From NCBI GenBank assembly GCA_963816875.1, contig CAWFMG010000003.1:341683-405682 (forward strand): a DNA stretch of 64,000 bases, read 5' to 3'. The DNA comes from an uncultured Actinomycetota bacterium. GTDB lineage: Bacteria; Actinomycetota; Actinomycetes; Streptomycetales; Streptomycetaceae. Below the pieces are notes generated by a model. The model was not told the DNA's origin. It did not search any database and saw only the letters and a program-made list of their open reading frames with translations. Of the stretch, positions 25,355 through 34,405 are shown in pieces. Position 1 is the first letter of the stretch; each line of letters begins with the position of its first letter. A program made the position numbers and the translations under genes.

Positions 25355-26635
25355 ATGCCGTGGCGACATAGCAAGGGGGCGCGAGGCATGGCGAGCACGA
25401 CCCGAGGTCCGAGGGGCTCTCGCCCGGGAGGTGCGCCGCAGCACCCCAGGTCAGCGCGCCCGGGGCCGGCGGGAACCCCCGCGCGGCCCGCGTCGGCGGC
25501 CCGCCCGAGATCCGACCGGCGCCCGAGCCCCGCGCTCGAGATCGTCATCGACGGCGAGCAAGGTCCAGGACGCCGGCCCCGGCTGTACGTGCTCGACGGG
25601 CTCCGGCTGGTCGCGGCCCTGATGGTGGCCGCGCACCACTACGTCGGCACGTACCGGGTCAACAAGCCGAACTCCTCGCCGTGGGGCCGCCCGGTCGAGG
25701 AGATCTTCCCCAGCGTCTTCCCGGTCGCCACCTACGGGTGGATCGGCGTCGAGTTCTTCTTCGTCATCAGCGGCTTCGTCATCTGCATGTCCTGCTGGGG
25801 CAAGCGCCCGCGCGACTTCTTCGTCTCCCGGGTGGTCCGCCTCTATCCCGCCTTCTGGTTCGCGGTGCTGCTCACCACGGCCGTCCTCACGGTCTGGCCG
25901 ATGGTGCGTCCCCCGCTGCCGCACGGCGAGATGCTGCTGAACCTCTCGATGCTCAACGAGGGCTTCGGCGTGCGCGGCGTGGACGGCGTCTACTGGACGC
26001 TCTGGTCGGAGCTCCGCTTCTACCTGCTCTTCCTGCTGCTGATGTCCACCGGGCTGACCTACCGCAAGGTCGTCCTCTTCTGCTGCGGCTGGGGCCTCGC
26101 CGCGGCGATCGCGGCCGAGGCCGACTCCGAACTGCTGACCCTCGTCGCCAACCCGTCGGGGGCGCCGTTCTTCATCGCCGGCCTGATCCTCTACCTGATG
26201 CACCGCTTCGGGCCCGACCTGATGCTGTGGGGGATGCTCGGCATGACCTGGCTGCTCGGCCAGTACCAGCTCATCGACCGGGTCGCGTACGAGAGCGTCT
26301 CCTCCTGGAAGGGCGCCACGCTGCTCTTCACCGCGTTCCTGGCGCTGATGGTGGCGATCGCGCTGGGGAAGCTGAACCGGGTACGGGGCAACTGGCTGGT
26401 CGTCGCCGGCTCGTTGACCTACCCCTTCTACCTGATCCACTACGCGATCGGGCTGACCGCCATCTACCTGCTGCACGACGAGATCGACCCGCGGCTGCTG
26501 GTCCTCGCCCTCTTCGCGGCCGGACTCACCGCCGCCTGGCTGATCCACCGCCTGATCGAACGCCCGGTCTCCCGCCTCCTCAGAACCCGCCTCAACCACT
26601 CCCTGGACCGGATGAGAACCCTCCGCGAGACGTAG
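25355..26635 (+). CDS. Acyltransferase family 3 membrane protein (OafA-like)
   Basis: ORF 25355..26635. LDGLRLVAALMVAAHHY, GVEFFFVISGFVI, RLYPAFW and about 10 TM spans. The basic low-complexity N-terminus leaves the true start uncertain. Confidence 0.85.
   Translation: MPWRHSKGARGMASTTRGPRGSRPGGAPQHPRSARPGPAGTPARPASAARPRSDRRPSPALEIVIDGEQGPGRRPRLYVLDGLRLVAALMVAAHHYVGTYRVNKPNSSPWGRPVEEIFPSVFPVATYGWIGVEFFFVISGFVICMSCWGKRPRDFFVSRVVRLYPAFWFAVLLTTAVLTVWPMVRPPLPHGEMLLNLSMLNEGFGVRGVDGVYWTLWSELRFYLLFLLLMSTGLTYRKVVLFCCGWGLAAAIAAEADSELLTLVANPSGAPFFIAGLILYLMHRFGPDLMLWGMLGMTWLLGQYQLIDRVAYESVSSWKGATLLFTAFLALMVAIALGKLNRVRGNWLVVAGSLTYPFYLIHYAIGLTAIYLLHDEIDPRLLVLALFAAGLTAAWLIHRLIERPVSRLLRTRLNHSLDRMRTLRET
26561..26622. 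repeat. Direct repeat copy A (3' end of the acyltransferase gene)
   Basis: 59 of 62 nt identical to 30051..30112 (mismatches at 26578, 26584 and 26596). Confidence 0.85.
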
Positions 26636-26746
26636 CCACAACGTTGGCGCGTCGCGGGCGAGGGCCAGCAACGCTTGTTTCTGGCCTTCCCTTCGTCTCG
26701 CCTTGGCTGGCAGTGCGCCCTGGAGGCGGGACAGGGCGGGGCCCCG

Positions 26747-28006
26747 TCATGACAACAGGGCCCTCGCATGCATCGTCATCCAGTCGCCAACGGCCCTGCG
26801 GAGCCCACGTGAGGTGGGAATCGCCGTCTCGTGCTCGGGCCAGCGCAGCAGGACGCCTCGCGCGGTTTCGACGGCGATGGATTCCAGATCGGCGTCGATG
26901 CTGCCCAGGCGACGCTCCAGACGGTGCTGGAGTTGCTTGAACTTCTCCGGGCTCACGTCATCGAACCGCCTGCTGCCGCAGAGTTTGAGGCCGAGGTCCT
27001 CGGTTTCCCCCATCGGTGCGTAGGGGGCGGTGGCCACCATGTCGTAGGCCGGAGAGAGGGCGGGCGTCCTCTTGTCCCGGTAGATCAGTGACCAGTTCTT
27101 CAGATGGGCGTCTCCGTTGCCGATGACCACGCAGAACGCGATACGGCGGACCGCTTCCGCCAGTGCTGACACATCGTGACCGCGGTGGGCGAGAGCGGCC
27201 ACCGTCTCGAAGGTGCCTTCGTACTTCGCCTCCGGATACTTGTCACGGACCTGCGCGAAATCCTCGATGTGGACCAGTGTGCGGTGGCCGTCGGACAGTC
27301 GGTCGAACCGGCGGACCGCGTAGGCCCATTCCTCGCTGTCCGGCCACATCCGAGGCGGCACGCCATCCAGTTCATCGCGGTGGACCAGCCGCACGTCCGG
27401 TACATCGATGCCGACCGAGCGGGCCAGCGACATCATGGCGAACTCGTTGCGGGGCACGTTGTGATACCGGTTGTCGGGGAACTTCACCAGCCAGTCGCCG
27501 TGGACGCCGAACGACGGAACGGTGAGTCTGTCGCCCTGCGCGAGCATGGAGAACTTCAACGCGACACCGGCCAGCGAGAAACGCCAAGGGGTGTCGCGCA
27601 GTGCCGATCCGACGCGGTCGACGTGCTCTGCTTCCGACTCTCCGTGCCACTCCCATTCGTCGTCCGGTCCATCGGCGGGCATGACCTGTACGGCACCGGG
27701 CAGGTCATGCCCCACCTGCGCGAGGAGTTCCATCTCCCGGTCAAGCGAGACGCCTCGGTCCTGCGCGATCCACTCCCGCAAGGGCCCTTCTGGCAGCAGA
27801 TTGGAGAACCACCTCGGCAGACGAAGCGCCGAGGAGTACGGCCTTCGCAGGTTCTCCTCGAAACGCAGTCCCAGCACCGGGCGGTGCGCGTCATCCAGGT
27901 AGGACTCGTTGAGGACGAAGCGTGTGAAGTCTCCCCGCTGGCAGAGCGTGCCGATGCGGCGGCCGTGCAGCAGTACGGCGTGGCACTTCTCTTCGAGGGC
28001 GTTCAT
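26747..28006 (-). CDS. hipA: HipA-family serine/threonine kinase (toxin-type), 419 aa
   Basis: ORF 26747..28006. N-terminal coupling domain (VLLHGRRIGTL...RLPRWFSNLLPEG), kinase core with GNGDAHLKNWSLIY. ATG overlaps the upstream stop (ATGA). Confidence 0.9.
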   Translation of the reverse strand: MNALEEKCHAVLLHGRRIGTLCQRGDFTRFVLNESYLDDAHRPVLGLRFEENLRRPYSSALRLPRWFSNLLPEGPLREWIAQDRGVSLDREMELLAQVGHDLPGAVQVMPADGPDDEWEWHGESEAEHVDRVGSALRDTPWRFSLAGVALKFSMLAQGDRLTVPSFGVHGDWLVKFPDNRYHNVPRNEFAMMSLARSVGIDVPDVRLVHRDELDGVPPRMWPDSEEWAYAVRRFDRLSDGHRTLVHIEDFAQVRDKYPEAKYEGTFETVAALAHRGHDVSALAEAVRRIAFCVVIGNGDAHLKNWSLIYRDKRTPALSPAYDMVATAPYAPMGETEDLGLKLCGSRRFDDVSPEKFKQLQHRLERRLGSIDADLESIAVETARGVLLRWPEHETAIPTSRGLRRAVGDWMTMHARALLS

Positions 28007-29715
28007 TCCCCCCGTTCCTGCAACTCGTCCATGTCGTCCGCTTCGTCAAAGTTCAGGCTCGCCAGCGAGGGCGTGTCCTCGTATTCCCATTCGGCCATCC
28101 GATCGAGGAACTCGCGCAGTTGCGCGCCGACGGCCGTCTGTCGCCGGGCCAGGAACGCGTCGCGGGCGCCGGAGCGGAGGAGGTCCGTCATCTCCCGGTC
28201 CAGACAGTGCGAGGCGAGCACGGCATCCCAGGCGGCGTGATCCAGCTGCACTGGTTGGTCGCTCAGCAGATGAGGAATCTCGTCTGCCGGATCGGCGTCG
28301 GTCGGCAGGAGAAGGCGGTTCGAGGCCAGGAACTGCTGCTGGGGGGAGAGCCCACGGCGGAAGATCCGATAGGCCACGGTGGCCGCGGTCGGCTGGTCGC
28401 CGAGGAGTGCGGCGAGATCCTGACTGTCGAACGACTCGCCAGTGACGAGGGAACGCGGGCGCAATGACCACCACGCGCTCAGGATCACCTTTGCGGTGGC
28501 CTCGTTGGTCTTGAATCGCGCGGGGTTCGGGATCGTGGGGCGTGCCTCGGCCATCGCCTCCATAAGCCCCTTGACGGAGCCGCGCTCGTCGCCCTGCCTG
28601 ATGCGTGCCGACAGCGCGCGGCCGACCTGCGTAAAACTTCCCTTGAATACGGCAGGCCCGGACACAGCGACCCGCCAGTAGAGGCGACGAAGCAGCCTCA
28701 GGCTGTTCTCCTCGGGCTCCGGGAAGTGAGCGAAAAAGCGGGTGAGCACGACGAGGAGCTGGCGATAGACGAGGAAGGAGAGATGGGGGACCCCGATGTG
28801 CTTCTGAAGGAAGGTGACCGCCCGCACCACCGCCTCCTCGCCCTCGGCAAAGGCCGTGTCGCGGTCCTCGGCGGAGAACTCGGGGGCAGTGCGCCGTCCG
28901 GCTGGGTCGAATTCGTTACGGATGTCGCGGGCGGGGTCGGGCCCTCGTCGCGCCAGGACGGACGCCAGGACGGTGTCGGTGTCGATGGTGCCGAATCCGG
29001 TGCGAGCCGCGACGTTATCCGCGATCCGTGACAGTGTCAGCCGTTCCTCCTGTCCCTTCTCCGGCCCTGCGAACAGGGCGGAGAAGATCTCCGCCCTGCT
29101 GAGGCGTTTGCCGTAGTTGTTCATCCGGTCGAAGATGTCCGTCAGGATCCGCTCGTCGTCCTGCCGCACCAGATAGGCCGGGACCTTGAACTGCCGCAGC
29201 AGCTTCGCGACCCTCTGAGCTTCCTGGACGTAGGGACCCGCCGCTTCCTGCTCCCTGAACCAGGTGAGCAGCAGCTCCAGGTCGAAGAGCACCGGCAGCG
29301 GGATGTGCCGTGGCTCCCGCGTCTTCGGCGCGGAGACGAACTGCCGGTCGGCGAGGTCGTAGTACACGTCGAACGGGGCGTGGAGGTGACCCTGCGGATG
29401 CAGCGCGTTGGCAAGGCTCGTGATGCGCTGCTGGCCGTCGACCACCCACAGGGTGTTCTCGTCGGCCGGCGCGTCGATCTTCAGGCTGCCGAGCGTGATA
29501 GCGGCCGCCGGGGACTTACGCACCCAGAGCAGGAGGCTGCCGACCGGGTACCCCTTGACGATGCTGTCGAAGAGGCGCAGGACGTCCTGCGTGCCCCATC
29601 GGAAATCGCGCTGGAAATGAGGCACGCGCACCTTGCCGGACCAGGCGGAGGCGATCAGGTCGTCCAGCTCGTACGTGGTCGCACTCGGCTGTGTTTCCAG
29701 GCCCGCGCTTTCCAT
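28003..29715 (-). CDS. DUF262-domain protein (GmrSD/ParB-Srx-like N-terminus), 570 aa, no recognisable intact HNH/DUF1524 motif
   Basis: ORF 28003..29715. VPHFQRDFRW, GYPVGSLLLW, VVDGQQRITSL and FDRMNNYGKRLSRAEIF. The C-terminal half is helical, with AYRIFRRG...ASNRLLLP where EHIxP...GNLxLL would be expected. Acidic tail NFDEADDMDELQERGE. Confidence 0.85.
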   Translation of the reverse strand: MESAGLETQPSATTYELDDLIASAWSGKVRVPHFQRDFRWGTQDVLRLFDSIVKGYPVGSLLLWVRKSPAAAITLGSLKIDAPADENTLWVVDGQQRITSLANALHPQGHLHAPFDVYYDLADRQFVSAPKTREPRHIPLPVLFDLELLLTWFREQEAAGPYVQEAQRVAKLLRQFKVPAYLVRQDDERILTDIFDRMNNYGKRLSRAEIFSALFAGPEKGQEERLTLSRIADNVAARTGFGTIDTDTVLASVLARRGPDPARDIRNEFDPAGRRTAPEFSAEDRDTAFAEGEEAVVRAVTFLQKHIGVPHLSFLVYRQLLVVLTRFFAHFPEPEENSLRLLRRLYWRVAVSGPAVFKGSFTQVGRALSARIRQGDERGSVKGLMEAMAEARPTIPNPARFKTNEATAKVILSAWWSLRPRSLVTGESFDSQDLAALLGDQPTAATVAYRIFRRGLSPQQQFLASNRLLLPTDADPADEIPHLLSDQPVQLDHAAWDAVLASHCLDREMTDLLRSGARDAFLARRQTAVGAQLREFLDRMAEWEYEDTPSLASLNFDEADDMDELQERGE

Positions 29716-30042
29716 GATCGCCCTCCCACTTGGTGTACACCTCCAGCCTGGCCACCACCGCGCTGAAGGGCAAAGGGTTACCGCTGCGTCCCATGATTAC
29801 ACAAAGCATTGACACCTTTACGACGAGTCGAGCGGGCGGGCTCAGAGGAGTTCGGTCAGTCGCGCCGCGCGCCGTCGGCGGTGCCGCCGAGCCGGGCTGG
29901 TGACACGATACTGACGTACATACCTGACGTAGCGTCAGAAGCTTGATCCTGCCTGAGCCTCGATCTATCCGCTCCAAGCGTCGTTTCGGAGTGGTTCTCC
30001 GGACTCGGGCCAACGAGACGAAACGTGGATTCTTGTGCATGG

Positions 30043-30125
30043 CCATCCACCGCCCGGTCTCCCGCCTTCTCAGGACCCGCCTCAATCACTCCCTGGACCG
30101 GATGAGAACCCTGCCCTCCGGGTAG
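30043..30125 (+). pseudogene. Orphan remnant of an acyltransferase-3 gene 3' end
   Basis: Encodes IHRPVSRLLRTRLNHSLDRMRTLPSG, compared with LIHRLIERPVSRLLRTRLNHSLDRMRTLRET at the end of 25355..26635. No acyltransferase-like sequence lies upstream of 30043. Confidence 0.7.
30051..30112. repeat. Direct repeat copy B
   Basis: 59 of 62 nt identical to 26561..26622. Confidence 0.85.
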
Positions 30126-30134
30126 GCCGGGGGG

Positions 30135-30992
30135 TCATGCCGTGAAGAAGTCCGCCAGGGCGCGTGCCACCGCGGCGGCGTCGTTCTCCATGGGAATGTG
30201 GCCGGCCCCCGAGATGCGGACCAGTTCGGTGTGCGGCATCTCCGCGGCGAACCGCTCGGCGTAGGTGATCGGCTGGAAACGGTCCTCCTCGCCCCATACC
30301 AGCAGCTTCGGCGCGGTCGAGGCCGCGAGCGCGGGCTGCACGGACCGGGTGTGGCGGCTGTCGGCCGCGGCGGCCAGGCAGAGCCACGAGCGGGCCGTGC
30401 GCGGTGCGGTCCACGGGTGCAGGTACTCGGCGATCTCCGGTTCGCCCGCCGGGCGGCCGAGCGCGGCGGTCAGGGCCGTCCGTCGCGAGGCCAGCAGTTC
30501 CTCGGTGGTGACGGCGGCGCGGGCGGCCGGGTCGCGGAAGCGGGCCACGGCGGGGACCGGCCAGGAGTCGTAGGTCACCGAGTTCACCAGCGCCAGCCGC
30601 TCCACCTCCGCGGCGTCGCCGACCAGCAGGTGCTGGGCGACGGCCCCGCCGATGTCGTGCCCGGCCACCCGGAGCGGCTCGGGCAGCCCGAGCGCGAAGG
30701 CGAACCGAGCGACCCAGGCGGCGAGCGCGGGAACGGCGGCGGTCTCGACGGTCAACTCGCCGCCCGAGCGGCCGAGCCCTGGCAGGTCGACGGCGATCGG
30801 GCGCAGCCCCGCGGCGGCCAGGGCCGGCATGACGGGCAGCCAGACCCGGCTCCAGTAGGTGCCGTGCACGAGGAGCACCGCCGGGGCCCGGTCCTCCCCG
30901 GCGACCAGGTGGCTGGCCGGTAGGCCGTCCACCTCGACCTCGGTGCGGCGGACGGGGGAGGGCGCGGGCGCGGGTTCGTTGGCGAAGGGCAT
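30135..30992 (-). CDS. Alpha/beta-fold hydrolase (Asp-nucleophile type, GHDIGG)
   Basis: ORF 30135..31037 trimmed to ATG 30992 (MPFANE), preceded by GGGAG. VLLVHGTYWS, DLPGLGRS and VAGHDIGGAV. Confidence 0.8.
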   Translation of the reverse strand: MPFANEPAPAPSPVRRTEVEVDGLPASHLVAGEDRAPAVLLVHGTYWSRVWLPVMPALAAAGLRPIAVDLPGLGRSGGELTVETAAVPALAAWVARFAFALGLPEPLRVAGHDIGGAVAQHLLVGDAAEVERLALVNSVTYDSWPVPAVARFRDPAARAAVTTEELLASRRTALTAALGRPAGEPEIAEYLHPWTAPRTARSWLCLAAAADSRHTRSVQPALAASTAPKLLVWGEEDRFQPITYAERFAAEMPHTELVRISGAGHIPMENDAAAVARALADFFTA

Positions 30993-31143
30993 GACGGGAC
31001 TCCCATCGTGAGAGGCGGGGAGAGGGCGACCGCTCATGACCTTTCCGCCGCGCCGGGCGGACGGTCAAATACCCGTTGCGGTATGTCCGCAGGCCGGGCG
31101 AGTATGGCCGCTGATCACCGGGCGCGTGGGGACGGAGGGTGTG

Positions 31144-32043
31144 ATGCGCCTCTCTCAACTGCGGATCCTGCTGGCCGTCGTCGACCACGGCGGCTTCACC
31201 GCCGCCGCGGGGCGGATCGGCTTGTCGCAGCCCGCCGTCAGCCGTGCCGTCGCCGCGCTGGAGAGCGAGCTGGGCGCACGCCTGGTGGTGCGGGGACGCG
31301 ACGGCGTGCGCCTGACCGAAGCGGGACGGCGCGCGGTCGTGCATGCGCGCGAGGCGGTGCGCCACTTCGATCAGGTGCGGACCCAGGTCGCGGCCGTCGC
31401 GGGTGAGGTGACCGGCGAACTGCGGCTGGCGAGCCTGCCGACCGCGACCGGTCCCCTGCTGGCGCCCCTGATGGCGCGGTTCGCCGACCGCCACCCGCAT
31501 GTGCGGGTCCGGCTGCTGGAGGGATTCGACCGGGACGTGCGGGCCTGGCTCCGGCAGGGCGCCGTGGAGGCCGGCGTCGTCACGCTGCCGGCCCCGGGCC
31601 TGGAGACGGTGGACCTCGGCTCGGACGAGATGGTCGTCCTCCTGCCCGCGGGGCACTGGTTGGCCGCTGCCCCGGCCGTCGAGCTGCCCACGCTGGCGGA
31701 CGAGCGGTTCATCCTCTCCACGGGCGGCTGCCGCCCGCTGGTCACGAGCGCCGCGCGCGAGGCGGGGGTGGAGTTGGCGGTGGCCTACGAGGCGGGCGAG
31801 CTCTCCGCGATCGCCGGCATGGTGGCCGGAGGGCTGGGCATCAGCATCGTCCCGACCCTGGGACGGTCGGCGTGGGAGGGGCCCGGGGACGCCCAGGGCC
31901 CGCTCGTGACCCGGCCGCTGCGCCCCCGCCTGCGGCGGACGCTCGCGCTCGCCTTCCCCACCACCCCGTCCGACGAGGACCCGCCCGTGGCGGCGCGCGC
32001 CTTCCGTGACCTGGCCGAACAGACCGTCGCCCCCACCATCTGA
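31144..32043 (+). CDS. LysR-family transcriptional regulator, divergent from the hydrolase
   Basis: ATG 31144 within ORF 31036..32043. MRLSQLRILLAVVDHGGFTAAAGRIGLSQPAVSRAVAALESELG. Confidence 0.9.
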   Translation: MRLSQLRILLAVVDHGGFTAAAGRIGLSQPAVSRAVAALESELGARLVVRGRDGVRLTEAGRRAVVHAREAVRHFDQVRTQVAAVAGEVTGELRLASLPTATGPLLAPLMARFADRHPHVRVRLLEGFDRDVRAWLRQGAVEAGVVTLPAPGLETVDLGSDEMVVLLPAGHWLAAAPAVELPTLADERFILSTGGCRPLVTSAAREAGVELAVAYEAGELSAIAGMVAGGLGISIVPTLGRSAWEGPGDAQGPLVTRPLRPRLRRTLALAFPTTPSDEDPPVAARAFRDLAEQTVAPTI

Positions 32044-32058
32044 GGCCGGGCCGGCGTG

Positions 32059-32511
32059 TCACACGGCCGAGCCGGGGCCGGCCAGTGGCTCGATGTCCTT
32101 CGCGTGCATCGGCTCGCCGCAGTGGGAGCAGCGCAGGTCAACATCGCTGACCTCGCCGCAGGCGTGGTGGCGGTAGAGCACGGGCGGGCCGGCCTCGCCG
32201 GCGAGCCATTTGTCTCCCCAGGCGGTCATGACCATGAGCAGGTCGACCAGTTCGGTGCCCTTCTCCGTCAGCACGTACTCGTAGCGCGGTCGCCGGTCGT
32301 AGGGCCGGCGCTCGAGAACGCCCTGGTCGACAAGGTGGTTCAGCCGCTCGGTCAGGACCTTGCGGGAGATCCCGAGGTCGGCCTGGAGCTGCTCGAACCG
32401 GGTGAGCCCGACCCACACGTCACGCAGGACCAGGGGCGACCAGGGCTCCCCGATGACGTCGAGCGTGCGCGCGATCGAGCACGCCATTCTGCTGAAGTCC
32501 GTGCGCTGCAT
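32059..32511 (-). CDS. HxlR-family transcriptional regulator with a C-terminal Cys cluster
   Basis: ORF 32059..32511. CSIARTLDVIGEPWSPLVLRDV...RFEQLQADLGISRKVLTERLNHLVDQGVLERRPY. Confidence 0.85.
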   Translation of the reverse strand: MQRTDFSRMACSIARTLDVIGEPWSPLVLRDVWVGLTRFEQLQADLGISRKVLTERLNHLVDQGVLERRPYDRRPRYEYVLTEKGTELVDLLMVMTAWGDKWLAGEAGPPVLYRHHACGEVSDVDLRCSHCGEPMHAKDIEPLAGPGSAV

Positions 32512-32602
32512 GGGACCAGTCTAGCGATTCGAGTTCCCTTAGGGAACTTAGGATGCTACGATCCCGGCGTCTCCTAAAGGAACTCCAGAAGGGATCGCGG
32601 AG

Positions 32603-33196
32603 ATGAGCAAGGTCATCAGCGCCCATGCGGTGTCGGTCGACGGGTACATCACCGGTCGCGAGCCCGGTGCCGGGCGAGGGCTCGGCGACGGCACGATGCT
32701 CTTCGACTGGTACTTCGGCGGCGACACGCCCAGCCAGGTGTTCGACGGATTCGGGCTGAGCGAGCCCAGCGCCCGGGTCTTCGACGCACTCGCCGGGCGC
32801 GTGGGCGCGGTCGTGGCGGGCCGCAACACCTACGAGGACTCCGACCACTTCGGTGGCGGCAGCCCGCACCCGACGGCCCGCCTGATCGTCCTCAGCCACC
32901 GAGGGGCACCGGAGATCACCGAACGGCAGACGCTCGTCACCACCGGCATCGAGGACGCGGTCGCCGCTGCTCGGGAGGCCGCCGGCGACAAGGACGTCGG
33001 CCTCATGGGCGGCGGCGTGGTGACCGCGGCGTTGACGGCGGGGCTCGTGGACGAGGTGGTCCTCCACCAGGTGCCCGTCCTGCTCGGCGCCGGCCGGCCC
33101 TTCTTCCAGTCGCTCCCCGAGCACGTGCGCCTCCGCCTCGTCGAAGCCGTCCCGGCACCCGGCGTCACCCACCTCCACTACGCGGTCGAGCGATGA
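32603..33196 (+). CDS. Dihydrofolate reductase-like (RibD C-terminal domain) family protein
   Basis: ORF 32603..33196. VISAHAVSVDGYITG, VVAGRNTYE, LIVLSH and GLVDEVVLHQVPVLLGAGRPFF. Confidence 0.8.
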   Translation: MSKVISAHAVSVDGYITGREPGAGRGLGDGTMLFDWYFGGDTPSQVFDGFGLSEPSARVFDALAGRVGAVVAGRNTYEDSDHFGGGSPHPTARLIVLSHRGAPEITERQTLVTTGIEDAVAAAREAAGDKDVGLMGGGVVTAALTAGLVDEVVLHQVPVLLGAGRPFFQSLPEHVRLRLVEAVPAPGVTHLHYAVER

Positions 33197-33239
33197 CCGT
33201 CGCCGCCACCACCACCACCACCGCCACCGCCACCAGGAG

Positions 33240-33632
33240 ATGACCACGATGCTCGCCCCCGATGTTCGCCGCGTGCTCGACGGCACCTCGATCGCCCACC
33301 TCGCCAGCGTCCTGCCCGACGGCGCGCCCCACTCCGTCCCCGTCTGGATCGGCACGCACGGCGACCACGTCGTGTTCCTCACCGGCCCGGGCACCCGCAA
33401 GGCCCGCAACCTGCGCCGCGACCCGCGGGTCGCGCTCTCCCTCACTCCAGCCGACAACCCGTTCCAGCCGGTCATCGTCCGCGGCCGCGTCGTCGAATGG
33501 CTCGAGGGCGACGAGGCCTGGACGATCGTCGACCAGCTGGCGGCCAAGTACATCGGTCAGCCGTACCCGCGAGACGAAGAGCGCGTCGTCGCGGTCATCG
33601 AACCCGAACGGCGGACGGTAGGCGTCGCATGA
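33240..33632 (+). CDS. Pyridoxamine 5'-phosphate oxidase-family (PPOX class, probably F420-dependent) protein
   Basis: ORF 33240..33632. AHLASVLPDGAPHSVPVW, KARNLRRDPRVALSL. AGGAG RBS before the ATG. Confidence 0.8.
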   Translation: MTTMLAPDVRRVLDGTSIAHLASVLPDGAPHSVPVWIGTHGDHVVFLTGPGTRKARNLRRDPRVALSLTPADNPFQPVIVRGRVVEWLEGDEAWTIVDQLAAKYIGQPYPRDEERVVAVIEPERRTVGVA

Positions 33633-33662
33633 GGTCTCATGAGGTCTCATGAGCGGCAACGG

Positions 33663-34349
33663 CTAGGACTGGAAGAGGTCCAGCAGCTCCGTCAGGGACG
33701 CGATGGAGGGCAGGTCCGAGATGGCGGATCCCCGACAGACCGCGCGTCCCGCATAACCGAGTTCGATGGCGGCGGCGACCAGGCTCGGATCGTCGTCGAG
33801 GAACAGGCACTGCGCGGGCGCGAGATCCAGCGCGGTGCTGGCGTGGTGGTACATGCGCGGGTCCGGTTTGTTGCAGCCGAGTTCGGCGGATATCGCGTAC
33901 GCCTCGAAGAAATGCCCGATACCGAGTCCCGCGTGGAGGTCCGGCAGATCGGGCCAGGCATCCGACACCACCGCCATCCGCACGCCCCGCCGGCTCAACT
34001 CCTCCAGGGTTCCCACCACCTCGGGAAACGTCTCCAGGACCGTGGCCGGGGGGACCTCGCGGCGCAGGTCGGCGAGGAGCCGTGGGGTCGGGGCCACGCC
34101 GAGGTCGTGGAGTAAGACCCGGTGGTAGTCGTCGTAGTCGGGCGTTGACGAGGAGGTGGCGAAATAACGGTCGCCCGCGGCGATGGCCGCCGCGAACCGT
34201 TCCGGTGTGATCGAGGGCTCGTGGGCGAGGACGGTCTGCTCGAAGTCCGCCCGTGGGTTCCACCGGCCGCCGATCGGCTGCATCAGCACGCCGCCCGAGT
34301 CGAAGAGAACAGCACGGAGACCTTCGGGAGAGGATCGTGTCGCCATCAC
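33663..34349 (-). CDS. HAD-superfamily hydrolase
   Basis: ORF 33663..34349. AVLFDSGGVL (motif I), VVSDAWP, and CNKPDPRMY...FLDDD (motifs III/IV). Confidence 0.8.
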   Translation of the reverse strand: MMATRSSPEGLRAVLFDSGGVLMQPIGGRWNPRADFEQTVLAHEPSITPERFAAAIAAGDRYFATSSSTPDYDDYHRVLLHDLGVAPTPRLLADLRREVPPATVLETFPEVVGTLEELSRRGVRMAVVSDAWPDLPDLHAGLGIGHFFEAYAISAELGCNKPDPRMYHHASTALDLAPAQCLFLDDDPSLVAAAIELGYAGRAVCRGSAISDLPSIASLTELLDLFQS

Positions 34350-34405
34350 CTCAGTATGGTGAGCGAGCGCCGCGGCGTACGATCTGCCCGGTGAAGGACG
34401 TCGTC

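Noticed and set aside
29716-30042. A search for a hipB-like HTH antitoxin ORF upstream of the DUF262-hipA pair.
   Set aside because: The only ORFs here (29516..30085, 29856..30089, 29943..30125) lack HTH-like sequence. The last one is the acyltransferase remnant.
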